A DNA stretch of 64,000 nt, from the NCBI RefSeq assembly GCF_000315625.1, contig NW_005434656.1, positions 758,645 through 822,644 of the forward strand, written 5' to 3'. The position numbers and the translations under genes are program-made. Each line of letters begins with the position of its first letter. Position 1 is the stretch's first letter. Below are positions 12,306 through 23,387 of this stretch, in pieces. The notes below the pieces were generated by a model. It was not told the origin of the DNA and ran no database searches. It was given only the letters and a program-made list of their open reading frames with translations. The stretch comes from Guillardia theta CCMP2712 (taxonomy: Eukaryota > Protista > Cryptophyta).

Positions 12306-13275
12306 ATGCGCACAGCTCTGTCCCTCTCTGTTGTGTTCCTCCTCTCGCTGCTGCCGCCATGCGCCTCTTGGAACGTCGCGTGCACCGGTAGAATGTGCGC
12401 AGAGCATGGCCGACGAGACATCGCGGTCCTCCTGCGCGCCTGAGCTGACAACCGGTGTGACGGTTACTAGAAGGTGTCGAGGAGAGAGGTCATCACGGCC
12501 GCCAAGTTGGTTGCTCCTTCTCTGCACCTCCTCATCACGAGAGAGGCGGCGGCGGCGGATCAGAATCAGCTCTCTACTTTCCAGACTTCAGGAACCGGTA
12601 CCAGTGCTGGCAGAGGCTATGGTGGAGGTGACAGGAAGTCCGCAGGCCTCAAGTTTGTCGACATCAGAGCAGGCAGCGGCGAGGAAGTCAAGGTTGGCGA
12701 CAAAGTGAGCTTCCATTATATCGGGAGACTTGCAGGACGCCAGGGGAAGCCTTTCGAGGACACGTACGTGCGGAGCCTAGTGCCCGTACTGATGATCGTG
12801 ACTCTCCCGCAGATACTCCGATGAGCCTGTTCGGGTAGAGCTGGGTAAGACGCGGGTGATCAAGGGGCTGGTAGGTCAAGGGGCCAGAAGCGTGGTAGCT
12901 GACGTCATGGCAGGAAGAGGGTCTGCTGGGGATGAGGGAAGGCGGCAAGCGGAGGCTTCTGATCCCTTCCTCCCTGGGCTACCATAACAAGTAGGGGGCA
13001 ACGACTTCCTGTTCTGTCGAGGAGCGGCTGAGCAAGGTCGGCAGGAGCGAGGAGCCTATCCCACGTTCCTTCGGCAACAGGCAGAGGCTGTACTCAACAG
13101 TCCTCAACAAGATCCGAACGGAGAGGGAGCGCAAGGTCAAAGAGCCTCTGTCCATCCCCTCTCCGCCCTTGCTCACGCTGACTGTTGTGACTGCTACCAG
13201 GCGCTAGGGCAGGATATTGCGGGGGTCGTCCTGATGGATGTTGAAGTAACAAGAGTTCGGTCTGGCCAGATGTGA
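12306..13275 (+). CDS. FKBP17-1: Thylakoid-lumen FKBP-type peptidyl-prolyl isomerase (FKBP17-1-like)
   Basis: GLKFVDIRAGSG..KVGDKVSFHYIGRL, VIKGL/EEGLLGMREGGKRRLLIPSSLGY, EPIPRSFGNRQRLYSTVLN, VLMDVEV. Has a signal peptide plus a twin-arginine SRREV..AAAA segment. Confidence 0.88.
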
Positions 13276-13537
13276 AGTCGCCGTAGGCCAAGTGCGAAGA
13301 AGAAATTGCATGGATGAAACTGAATTTCGTGTTCGTGTGGACCCCGCTGGCACTGATCGCATAGCCGGCAACCCCCTTCACACTATCGCACAACCTCGCT
13401 CTCCGAGGCTCATCTCAGTCCCTCAGGCAGGAACACAAGTCTTGTATTTTACACATGTATTGTACACTAGTCATACATCCCTTCAGCTGGACTAAACTGA
13501 TGGGCTGCCAGCTCAGCGCTCCACCTACTAACTAGTC

Positions 13538-15169
13538 TTAGGCTGCAGCAGCTTGACGAGCAAGCCTGACGCCATGCCGGTGGTCCCGGGCCTGTCTCGA
13601 GTGGGCCGGGGCAGAGGAGCCTCTGAGGCTCGGGGTGTTGCTGATGAGCTTGTTCATGATCTTGTCGTAGTTGGACGCCATCACGTCGTAGGAGAACTGC
13701 CGCAGCACGCGGTCGCGGCCGGCCTTGCCGATGGTGTTCCGCAGCTCGGGACTCTGATGGAGCTTGTAGATGGCGTCGCTGAGAGCTTGGGCGTCGGCTG
13801 GAGGCACCAGCAGGCCGTCCACTTGGTGGTCCACGGCCTCGGGGATGCCGTCGATGGCGCTGCAGACCACGGGCTTGTTGAAGGCCATGGCTTCGCCGAT
13901 GACAAGAGGAAGCACCTCGTTGAGCGAAGGCACCAGCACCACGTCTGCTGCCATGTAGTATCGAGTCACGTCCGCCTGGATGTCCATGACGGTCAGCCTG
14001 GCTTGACCCCGCTGGTCCTCGTCGGTGTCTTCCCATCGAGCGTAGGACATGTCGTTGGCCTTGGCTTCCTTCTTGAGCTGCTCGATGTACTCGATCTCGT
14101 GGTCGCGTATGTACCGCGCCCCGACCATAAGGCACTTGAGGTCCTTGCAGCCCATCTCGTTGACGAGCCGAGAGCAGGCCTTGACTGTGTAGAGCTGTCC
14201 CTTGCGGTTGCAGATGGTGCCGAGATGGAGGACGACGAAGTCGTCGGGGCCATACCCGAGCTGAGCCCGGACAGCATCTCTTTCATTGGACTTCATGAAG
14301 TCATCGAGCTTCTTCAGGGGGATCCCGTTGTAGACCGTGCATGCGGCGTCCTCCTTGTAGAGGCCCTTGTAGATGTCCTTCTGAACGTTGGAAGGGAAGA
14401 CGACACAGCCACAGTTGGCAAACGCCTCCTTGATCATGTCAGCGCTCAGAGACTTCATCATGAACACCTCCTTCGCGTAGTGCTCGAGCTGGTCTTGCGG
14501 CCACGCCTCGTGGATCACCCACACGGTCGGGAGTCCCATCTTGTGAGCGAGGTTGACGACGTCGCACCTCATGATGGTGTTGGCGAAGACCATGCCGATG
14601 CCCTCGTCTTGCAGGCGCTGCTGCAGGCTGGGAAGGAAGTCTGGTGCTGCCACGTCCATGATTTCTACCTTGAGGCCCAGCGCTTCGAGGTCAGCTCGCA
14701 TGGGTCCCTCCTTGGGGGCGTACACGACGGTGAAGGACTGGCTGGCCATCAGCTTGCTCATGAGATGCAGGCAGAAGTTGTTGGCGCCGTTGCGCTCGAG
14801 CGAGTGCATGAACATGGCTACCTTGGGCTTGTCCTGCTGCAAACGGGCAGCGTGCTTGTGCTTGAGCTGGCTCTGTGGCTTGGTGTCATACAGGCTGGAG
14901 ATGAAGTGGTCCATCTTTCCAGCGTTGCTCCAATCGTGCTGGGCAGCCAGACGGCGGAGCTCGTTGATCTCGAGCCCTGCGTCCTTGAGCCGGCGCATGG
15001 AGGAGAGGAGCGCCTTGGAGTCCATCTCTCCTCCTCGAAGGCGGAGGTCCTTGAGCAGAGCCTTGCTGCTTCCGAAGGGGATACGGCCGTCAGCGGCCGC
15101 GACGAGGCGAGTGGCGGTCATGAAGGAGACGGCAAGGAGGAGCTCTCGTATAGGGCGTGTATGCATCAT
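13538..15169 (-). CDS. Intronless GT4-family (GT-B fold) glycosyltransferase with signal peptide and LRLRGG motif, copy 1 (intact)
   Basis: 543-aa ORF. ADVVLVPSLNEVLPLVIGEAMAFNKPVV..GIPEAV..GLLVPPADAQALSDAI is a Glycos_transf_1 signature with the EX7E motif. N-terminal domain has VFANTI..VWVIHE. Confidence 0.93.
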   Translation of the reverse strand: MMHTRPIRELLLAVSFMTATRLVAAADGRIPFGSSKALLKDLRLRGGEMDSKALLSSMRRLKDAGLEINELRRLAAQHDWSNAGKMDHFISSLYDTKPQSQLKHKHAARLQQDKPKVAMFMHSLERNGANNFCLHLMSKLMASQSFTVVYAPKEGPMRADLEALGLKVEIMDVAAPDFLPSLQQRLQDEGIGMVFANTIMRCDVVNLAHKMGLPTVWVIHEAWPQDQLEHYAKEVFMMKSLSADMIKEAFANCGCVVFPSNVQKDIYKGLYKEDAACTVYNGIPLKKLDDFMKSNERDAVRAQLGYGPDDFVVLHLGTICNRKGQLYTVKACSRLVNEMGCKDLKCLMVGARYIRDHEIEYIEQLKKEAKANDMSYARWEDTDEDQRGQARLTVMDIQADVTRYYMAADVVLVPSLNEVLPLVIGEAMAFNKPVVCSAIDGIPEAVDHQVDGLLVPPADAQALSDAIYKLHQSPELRNTIGKAGRDRVLRQFSYDVMASNYDKIMNKLISNTPSLRGSSAPAHSRQARDHRHGVRLARQAAAA

Positions 15170-15603
15170 GGTGGGACCAAGGAGTAGGGGCGATGATGAT
15201 CTTTGTTAGCAAGCGTCGAGTACGATCGAACAGGAGGGGGACTTATAAGGTCGAGGATACAGCTATGGGAGGTGCGAGGAGGATTTTGAGAGCGTCAGAG
15301 GAGAGTGCAGAGGATGCTGATGAGGATCGTCAGGAGGAGGAGGGGGGGGGAGGGGAAGGAGGTCGTTGTGGTTGATGAGCGACTCCTCCCCGACTTTGAT
15401 TTTCATAGCGGCATTCTTGGGGAGGAGCCGTGCAGTCGCCAGGGAGGGCCGTGATAGGACGAGGGGGGTAGGGGTGCAAAAGAGGGCAGGGGTGGGTGAG
15501 GGCAGCGGGAGGAGGGGGTGGGGAAAGACAGAAGAGGTGGATCCATCACATGGAGATTGATAGGGTAGGGGTGCCTTCTTGCCAAGGTTATCCGCCCCTT
15601 TGT

Positions 15604-15992
15604 TTTGACCATAGGTTTTGACCACAGGTTTGACCGTTTTGACCGACGCTCCGTCCGACTGTTCCCAGGTGCATTGTTCCCCTACGACTTACCTAGGACA
15701 TCGCTAGCACCAGAACCCGGAAGCTATATCATAGTACTACAGCGCAAACGTCTCTTTCGGCGGCGTTTCGAAATGAGCAACTGCCAGTACAAGGTGCCCC
15801 GGAGATCGGGAGGGCCGCTCCGGAGTCTGCAGCCGATGCCGGTCAAACTTCAGTAGTCAAACTCAGTGGTCAAATGCCCGTCAAACTCCCAGCGGACGCA
15901 TCAGATGCAAAACGAACGAACGTGGTCAAACCAGTGGTCAAACAGCTGACTGAACAAGGACCGTGGGACTGGTCAAACCTACAGTGGTCAAA
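15604..15992. promoter_or_regulatory. Mirror-oriented arrays of (G)GTCAAA motifs in the divergent promoter/spacer
   Basis: Four TTTGACC at 15604, 15617, 15629 and 15638. Eight GTCAAA (six of them GGTCAAA) between 15841 and 15992. Confidence 0.55.
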
Positions 15993-16406
15993 TTAAAGAG
16001 GCGCATAAAAGGGAACCCCACCCCTGATGGCTCCCCAACTTGCCCCTTCCTCTACCCCCTCCTCCCTCTGCCCTCACCCACCCCTGCCCTCTTTTGCACC
16101 CCTACCCCCCTCGTCCTATCACGGCCCTCCCTGGCGACTGCACGGCTCCTCCCCAAGAATGCCGCTATGAAAATCAAAGTCGGGGAGTCTCAAGGCCTTC
16201 AGGATGGCACGTAAACACGGTGGATTGACGACCTACACGAGACTGACGATCCTCATCAGCATCCTCTGCACTCTCCTCTGACGCTCTCAAAATCCTCCTC
16301 GCACCTCCCATAGCTGTATCCTCGACCTTATAAGTCCCCCTCCTGTTCGATCGTACTCGACGCTTGCTAACAAAGATCATCATCGCCCCTACTCCTTGGT
16401 CCCACC

Positions 16407-18037
16407 ATGATGCATACACGCCCTATACGAGAGCTCCTCCTTGCCGTCTCCTTCATGACCGCCACTCGCCTCGTCGCGGCCGCTGACGGCCGTATCCCCT
16501 TCGGAAGCAGCAAGGCTCTGCTCAAGGACCTCCGCCTTCGAGGAGGAGAGATGGACTCCAAGGCGCTCCTCTCCTCCATGCGCCGGCTCAAGGACGCAGG
16601 GCTCGAGATCAACGAGCTCCGCCGTCTGGCTGCCCAGCACGATTGGAGCAACGCTGGAAAGATGGACCACTTCATCTCCAGCCTGTATGACACCAAGCCA
16701 CAGAGCCAGCTCAAGCACAAGCACGCTGCCCGTTTGCAGCAGGACAAGCCCAAGGTAGCCATGTTCATGCACTCGCTCGAGCGCAACGGCGCCAACAACT
16801 TCTGCCTGCATCTCATGAGCAAGCTGATGGCCAGCCAGTCCTTCACCGTCGTGTACGCCCCCAAGGAGGGACCCATGCGAGCTGACCTCGAAGCGCTGGG
16901 CCTCAAGGTAGAAATCATGGACGTGGCAGCACCAGACTTCCTTCCCAGCCTGCAGCAGCGCCTGCAAGACGAGGGCATCGGCATGGTCTTCGCCAACACC
17001 ATCATGAGGTGCGACGTCGTCAACCTCGCTCACAAGATGGGACTCCCGACCGTGTGGGTGATCCTTGAGGTGTGGCCGCAAGACCAGCTCGAGCACTACG
17101 CGAAGGAGGTGTTCATGATGAAGTCTCTGAGCGCTGACATGATCAGGAGGCGTTTGCCAACTGTGGCTGTGTCGTCTTCCCTTCCAACGTTCAGAAAGAC
17201 ATCTACAAGGGCCTCTACAAGGAGGACGCCGCATGCACGGTCTACAACGGGATCCCCCTGAAGAAGCTCGATGACTTCATGAAGTCCAATGAAAGAGATG
17301 CTGTCCGGGCTCAGCTCGGGTATGGCCCCGACGACTTCGTCGTCCTCCATCTCGGCACCATCTGCAACCGCAAGGGACAGCTCTACACAGTCAAGGCCTG
17401 CTCTCGGCTCGTCAACGAGATGGGCTGCAAGGACCTCAAGTGCCTTATGGTCGGGGCGCGGTACATACGCGACCACGAGATCGAGTACATCGAGCAGCTC
17501 AAGAAGGAAGCCAAGGCCAACGACATGTCCTACGCTCGATGGGAAGACACCGACGAGGACCAGCGGGGTCAAGCCAGGCTGACCGTCATGGACATCCAGG
17601 CGGACGTGACTCGATACTACATGGCAGCAGACGTGGTGCTGGTGCCTTCGCTCAACGAGGTGCTTCCTCTTGTCATCGGCGAAGCCATGGCCTTCAACAA
17701 GCCCGTGGTCTGCAGCGCCATCGACGGCATCCCCGAGGCCGTGGATCATCAAGTGGACGGCCTGCTGGTGCCTCCAGCCGACGCCCAAGCTCTCAGCGAC
17801 GCCATCTACAAGCTCCATCAGAGTCCCGAGCTGCGGAACACCATCGGCAAGGCCGGCCGCGACCGCGTGCTGCGGCAGTTCTCCTACGACGTGATGGCGT
17901 CCAACTACGACAAGATCATGAACAAGCTCATCAGCAACACCCCGAGCCTCAGAGGCTCCTCTGCCCCGACCCACTCGAGACAGGCCCGGGACCACCGGCA
18001 TGGCGTCAGGCTTGCTCGTCAAGCTGCTGCAGCCTAA
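16407..18037 (+). pseudogene. GT4 glycosyltransferase copy 2 with a 1-bp deletion frameshift at ~17145 (pseudogene or sequence error)
   Basis: Near-identical to copy 1. ATCAGGAGG here versus ATCAAGGAGG in copy 1 splits the gene into ORFs 16407-17261 and 17279-18037. IHEAW becomes ILEVW. Confidence 0.7.
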
Positions 18038-18847
18038 GACTAGCCTAGTAGCCTTACTAGCTGGCGGCAGCCCGTCAGTTTAGTCCAGCTGAAGGGATGT
18101 ATGACTAGTGTACAATAAATGTGTGAAATACAAGAATTTGTGCGGCTTGTCTACTGAGTAAACACCGTATCGGATCACTGAGTTGATTCCGAGCCTCAGC
18201 CGCGACGAATCACTGATCATGGCATCTTTCGTGACTCAAAGTTAACTCCGTTACTATTCAAAATCCTCCGTATGTCAATTTCCCGAGAGTTTTATATCAG
18301 ACAGTGAAAACGCGGCGCCCTGGCACGGTCGCGGCGTCACCGTGACTTCCAGGTTCTGAGTCACGCAAACTGTCAGGGCCGCCGGCCTGATGGAGCACAT
18401 TGACTGGCCGCTCAAGTTCGAGCCAGACTTGAATTATTGACTCTGAGCGCATGGGCCATGATGTGCCACGGTGCCGCACCGAAACCCAAGCCTAGCACTG
18501 AAGACTAAGGGTCGTGCCTTGGTTTACTGGAGAGTTTGGCTAAATCGGCGCTATATGACTGGCACGGCTGGCCGGGCACCGGGCCGGGCATGCGATCCAA
18601 CCGTCGTCTCCCCGAGTTTCCGAGTGAAATGTTGCGAACTTCCGAAGAAACTTCAGATGGTCACGAGTCCGAGCCTCGGACGCCGGGTCGGTGCGCTGAC
18701 GCCGGCCGTCCGGCGCCCGGAGTCACAGTCGGAGCCCGGCCTGAGTCGGCTGCCGCCGCGCCCGGCGGCCCGCCGGAGTCGCCGGCCCGGGCCCGGTGAC
18801 CGTTGCAATATTGTAACCGCGAAAGGGCACGTGCGGTCACCCATAGC

Positions 18848-19989
18848 ATGCCGAGCAGCAAGCGGCAAAAGCTCATCTCCTTGACCAAGGTGAGGAGGGA
18901 GGGAGGGGACGAGAGAGATGCAGGCGATGGAAGGGAGGATCCTTCCCTCGGGAGAGAGTCGTGAAGGAGACGTGGGTTGGAGGGACTGAGCGAGGGGAAA
19001 GGGGGAGGAGACGGCTGGTAGAAGTGCGAGGGTCCAAAGGAAGTTCTTAGTGTGGGGTGCACCGTATGTGAAGTTGGTCTCGCGTTGACGATTCCATATC
19101 GTTGTCTCAGGTCAAAAAAGCCGGTAGAAAGCACAAAGAATCACTCGTTGAAACAATTCATGAATGCCTGGATAAGTATTCGCACGTTTATGCATTGTCG
19201 TTGGAAAACATGAGGACAAGCTTGTTGAAGGATCTCCGTCAGAAATTTGCAGAGGACCGGCAAGTTGCTTGTTGGTAAGCATCGCAATCAGTGAGAGTTT
19301 TGATCTTGCAGGTTTGTCATGGGGAAGCAGAATGTTATGGCGTTGGCATTGGGCAGAAGTCCGGAGGAGGTTTAACAGCAAATTGCCAAACGTAGCCCCT
19401 TGACATTTGAGGACAGGAAACCAAGGAGAATCTTCACCAAGTCACCCAAGTACTTTTTTCTACAATCACTTGCTCCTCGCCATGAGACGCTTCACTTTAC
19501 TGACCTGTACCACTCCCAGCATCTGAATGGCACAACAGCATTATTCTTTAGCTCTCGTCCACAAACAGAAATCACAAGGTCACCGTCTGGCCCCATGTTG
19601 CTGTGCCCCTGACTCTCATGTTCACACAGCTTCTTTGACAAGTACCAAGAGAGTGACTTCGCCAAAGGTGGAGTGGAAGCGACGGAGGACTATGAGATCC
19701 AGGCTGGACCCCTCCCCTTCCAGCACACCATGGTCGAGCCCCTGAGAAAGCTTGGGCTGCCAGTTATGCTCAAGAATGGGACGGTGATGTGCGAGAAGGA
19801 TCACACCGTGTGCAAGAAGGGAGTCGTCCTTACCCCTGAGCAGGCTCAAGTTCTTGTAAGTTGTTCTGGCTCTTTGCAATCCTGTCATGAACATTGAATC
19901 CGCAGAAATTGTTAGGGGAGAAGCAAGCAATCTTCAAACCCGAGCTGAAATGTGTATGGCATGATGGGACCTACGCAGCATTCGAGTGA
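18848..19989 (+). CDS. MRT4: mRNA turnover protein 4 / 60S ribosome assembly factor
   Basis: MPSSKRQKLISLTK/VKKAGRKHKESL..ENMRTSLLK..FVMGKQNVMALALGR..DFAKGG..FQHTMVEPLRKLGLPVMLKNG..LTPEQAQVL/KLLG. Confidence 0.96.
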
Positions 19990-20197
19990 TACGGCAGCTG
20001 ATTCTCGATGCTTTCTGATTCTACTCACAGTAGTAGGAATGTGTGATATATATAGTTAGAAATAACTTACACAAGTCAAGTGACTCGATCGTCCCATCCT
20101 TCCTCATCAACGCGTTGACATTTCTCAAGGTGCAGCAGAGAGACAAGTAAAAGAAAAAGAAGCTTTACTCGTATTTTCACTGGTCACATTTCTGTGC

Positions 20198-21242
20198 TCA
20201 ACCCGGCAATTGGAACTTCGCTCCATCGCGGAGAGCGATCCAATAGTAGTAGAAGAAGTCTGCATACAGCAAAGTCTGGACCACTCCAGACACCCACACC
20301 AACGGCTGCAGAAAAGCTTGTGTCAAGGACAAGCAGGAAACAAGCCCATTTAGGCTGGCCAAGATGGGGAACAGGCTTTTAGTGTGTGTAAAAGCAAGAG
20401 CCGGGAAAGTTGAGAAGAATAGAGCAGAAGAGCAGAAGAGCAGAAGAGCAGCGAAGACAGCCAGAAAGAGAAACAGTGTAGCAGGGAGAAGGTGGCACAT
20501 GAGGATGTAGATAGGAAAAGAAGCAGAGAGAGAGGAGGGAAGAGCTATGGAGGGAGGAACTGTTCGGACCTGCCAGTAATGCTTTTCTGTGAAGTATCTG
20601 TAGATCCAGTTGATAATGTAGAGACCGCGATAAGCCCCGACGCAAAAGATGTAGAGGAGCGTGAAGGCTTCTCCCTCCTTCGTCTTCTGCAACATAAAGA
20701 GCTGGGGCAGGATCGCTACTGCCTCCAGATAGATGGAAAATGCCCAAAGAATCTGAGAGCTCGTCAGCTCAGCCATACCCAGTCTCGACCTACCTCGAAC
20801 GCTTCAAATCCCTCGTTCCAGATGAGAGCGAGGAGGAAGCATGGGACTATGATGTACCCAAGCACTCCGTGAGGGGGAAGGTGCCCCATGAAACTTCCAT
20901 CCCCGTGCAGCTTGTCATTGTCCATGTCATAAGAGGATCGGTATTTTGTAAGCTGCAAGCATGTGAGCAATGCTGCCGTAGCAGTCGCTAGAAGGCAAGG
21001 GGCTTTACCATCCAATAAACAATCGTTGCGGTGGCAGAAATGAAAAATATCTTCATCATGGTGTTGTAGAGTGAGACGAAGCTGAAGAACAAATCGAGAT
21101 ATCGGCAGCAGAAGACTATCAGGAACAAGATCTGTGACTTGAGAGACACTCCACGGCAGCTTCTCTGGCCTCTCATTCTGTACATGAGGACAAGAAAGCT
21201 GATCAGGTGGAGCATATCTCCGGAGAGTCGGAAGATATTCAT
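20198..21242 (-). CDS. ERD2: ER lumen protein-retaining (KDEL/HDEL) receptor
   Basis: [41 protein letters not shown]; [24 protein letters not shown]; [15 protein letters not shown]; [20 protein letters not shown]. Confidence 0.97.
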
Positions 21243-23051
21243 GATTCCAAGAGTTCGATCCTTTCACTTCCTCAATTCTTCACCAAGTATATCAAGCCAA
21301 GGCCCTGCAAACCGACCTGTAGACCATGATTCAGTAACTTTACAACTCCATCGAAACATAATAATTCACAAAAGAAACTGGAGGGTCGGTAGGATGGGAA
21401 TCGACACCAAGAAAAACGAGTAAAGTGTCATTCAATCGCTTTGAACAGAATACCAAGTAGTATTTTCATATATAATCATTCTCAGAGCACATAAAATCGC
21501 TCAAGCCTTGAGCTTCAGCTCAATCCGAGTTGGCATTCCACAGCAGATACTCTTTTCCTACTGCATCTTTCTTACAAACTAACTTCTTCCCTGTACCTGC
21601 ATCGCAACTTTTACAGAATGACAAGTCAGTTCACGCAAAATTCTGCCTCTGACGTCATCTGCACGCTTTTTCTCCTTCCTGCCGCTGTTTCATCTGCCAT
21701 GGAACTCTCTATCCATTTCACCGCCGCTGACTCATGTTCGTTATTGAACGTTACTTCCACGTACCCACCCCCACCCCTGGAGGTACACTCTCTGTTGGAA
21801 CTGCACTGCCGCAACCGGGTCATATTTCGCCGAGTCGCCGCCGGCCGGGCCCAACTTAAAACCGCCGGCCGGACCTGACTGACACCCGGCGAGACAGAGT
21901 GGTACTTGTAGTTTTTAAATTTATGGACCTGTTGATAATAATAAAAGGATAATTGGAGGCAGTAGAATCATGAAACCGGCAGCGATATTCAGTACAAAAA
22001 ATATTGAAAGGTGCCTAGCAATCTATGGTTTGTAACATATTTATCCTACACTTTAACAATATTTATACAGATTTGATACAGCCTAGAACAGAAACAGGGT
22101 ACGGCTCTGCTTCCGATACAAAAGATAAAACATTTCTTGGTACATGAATGAATTAGTTAGAATCAAAGCAATTTGAATTGACTAATTTCAAATAACTACC
22201 ATGTATTTAAACCAACACATGGAATCTAAATATTTTTAAGGTCCAAGACACTTATAAACCTTCGTTGTGCACCCACCACCCCTAGCTCGCTGTATATCGC
22301 ACCCCTCATGGACTACCCTACCTACATTTTCTCGGAGCAGTTTATTCATCTTACTACGGGTGCCTTCGTCTGATTCAGTACCCCTACCCTGATCTCCATA
22401 CCTCTATCAGCTACATTTCTAGGACCCCCACCCCCTCAACTTCGTGATAAATGTTACCCACCCCTACTGTCTATTGCAACAAACCCCCTGTGGCTTCGGA
22501 AAGTCCCTAAGTACCCACCCACCCCTTTTACTCCCGGATAAAAGTAAGTACCCCACCTGATAAACTCCCAAAACCCCACCCACCAAACCCCACCCCTCCT
22601 ACTCTCCACCCCACAGCGTCCCTGCACATGGCAGCCTCGCATGCTCCGAAAGCTTAAAACATGCATGCTGCCATCCACCGTTTACTCCGAACCATCACCA
22701 CCACCTCCTCCTCCCCCTTCTTACTTGGTTGATCCTGTGATGATGGGCTCATTCCCCTTTATCCTTGATGAATGCCGCTACCTCTCTCCTTTTCTTCGGT
22801 GTGTCTGACAGTCCGCTAGCCATGCTAGTTGCAGAGTACATGTTACGTTTCATTTTCGAAAGCAATTGATAACCATAGATGTGATGTCAAATAATGCTTG
22901 CTTCCTTTGTCATTCTGTGTGATCCATCACGACTTTGAAGAGAGTTTGCGCGATATCTACAACCATTGTAAGCGGCCGCCAAAATGTAGACAGCGGTGCA
23001 AATGCAAAGTTCGGAAGGAAGTGACCGATCTCTGTCACCTTGTTGTTGTTT

Positions 23052-23111
23052 TGATGATGATGGTGCTGATCATGGTGCTGATCATGATGATGATGATGAT
23101 GATGGTGATGG

Positions 23112-23203
<92 letters not shown>
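23052..23203. repeat. (GAT)n microsatellite
   Basis: About 150 bp of tandem GAT. Confidence 0.97.
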
Positions 23204-23205
<2 letters not shown>

Positions 23206-23387
23206 TTCGTCGAGATAATTTACTTTGGATGCGCCAACCTTTTCTTTATACAGAACGTAATTTGAGACCATCTTTTGCTCACTGTGTCTTCTCTGCAGGG
23301 CTGGTGAATCAGCTGGATCAGGAATGGATATCTGCCAAAAGCTTTGAATCGTGACGTCAACGACCGATTCTTGGATCCATCACGAAT

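Larger units (their letters stand above)
13435..18142. repeat. Large imperfect inverted repeat: arms ~13435-15520 and ~16054-18142, spacer ~530 bp
   Basis: The CDS, a 134-bp upstream block and 3' UTR segments are reverse complements, differing by a few substitutions, one indel and short non-alignable patches. Confidence 0.95.

Noticed and set aside
13553-15187. 544-aa antisense ORF (and its mirror at 16389-18022)
   Set aside because: Shadow ORF caused by the high-GC3 codon bias of the GT4 gene; no recognisable motifs
15604-15992. CRISPR-like interpretation of the GGTCAAA repeats
   Set aside because: Repeats are only 6-8 bp with very short irregular spacers, there are no cas genes, and the context is eukaryotic
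21480-21823. Possible small minus-strand gene (MTRLRQCSS..)
   Set aside because: Short, with no homology and no convincing exon chain
22770-23310. Poly-M/D/I ORFs and a possible small spliced gene around (GAT)n
   Set aside because: The ORFs come from the microsatellite; the flanking exons could not be supported
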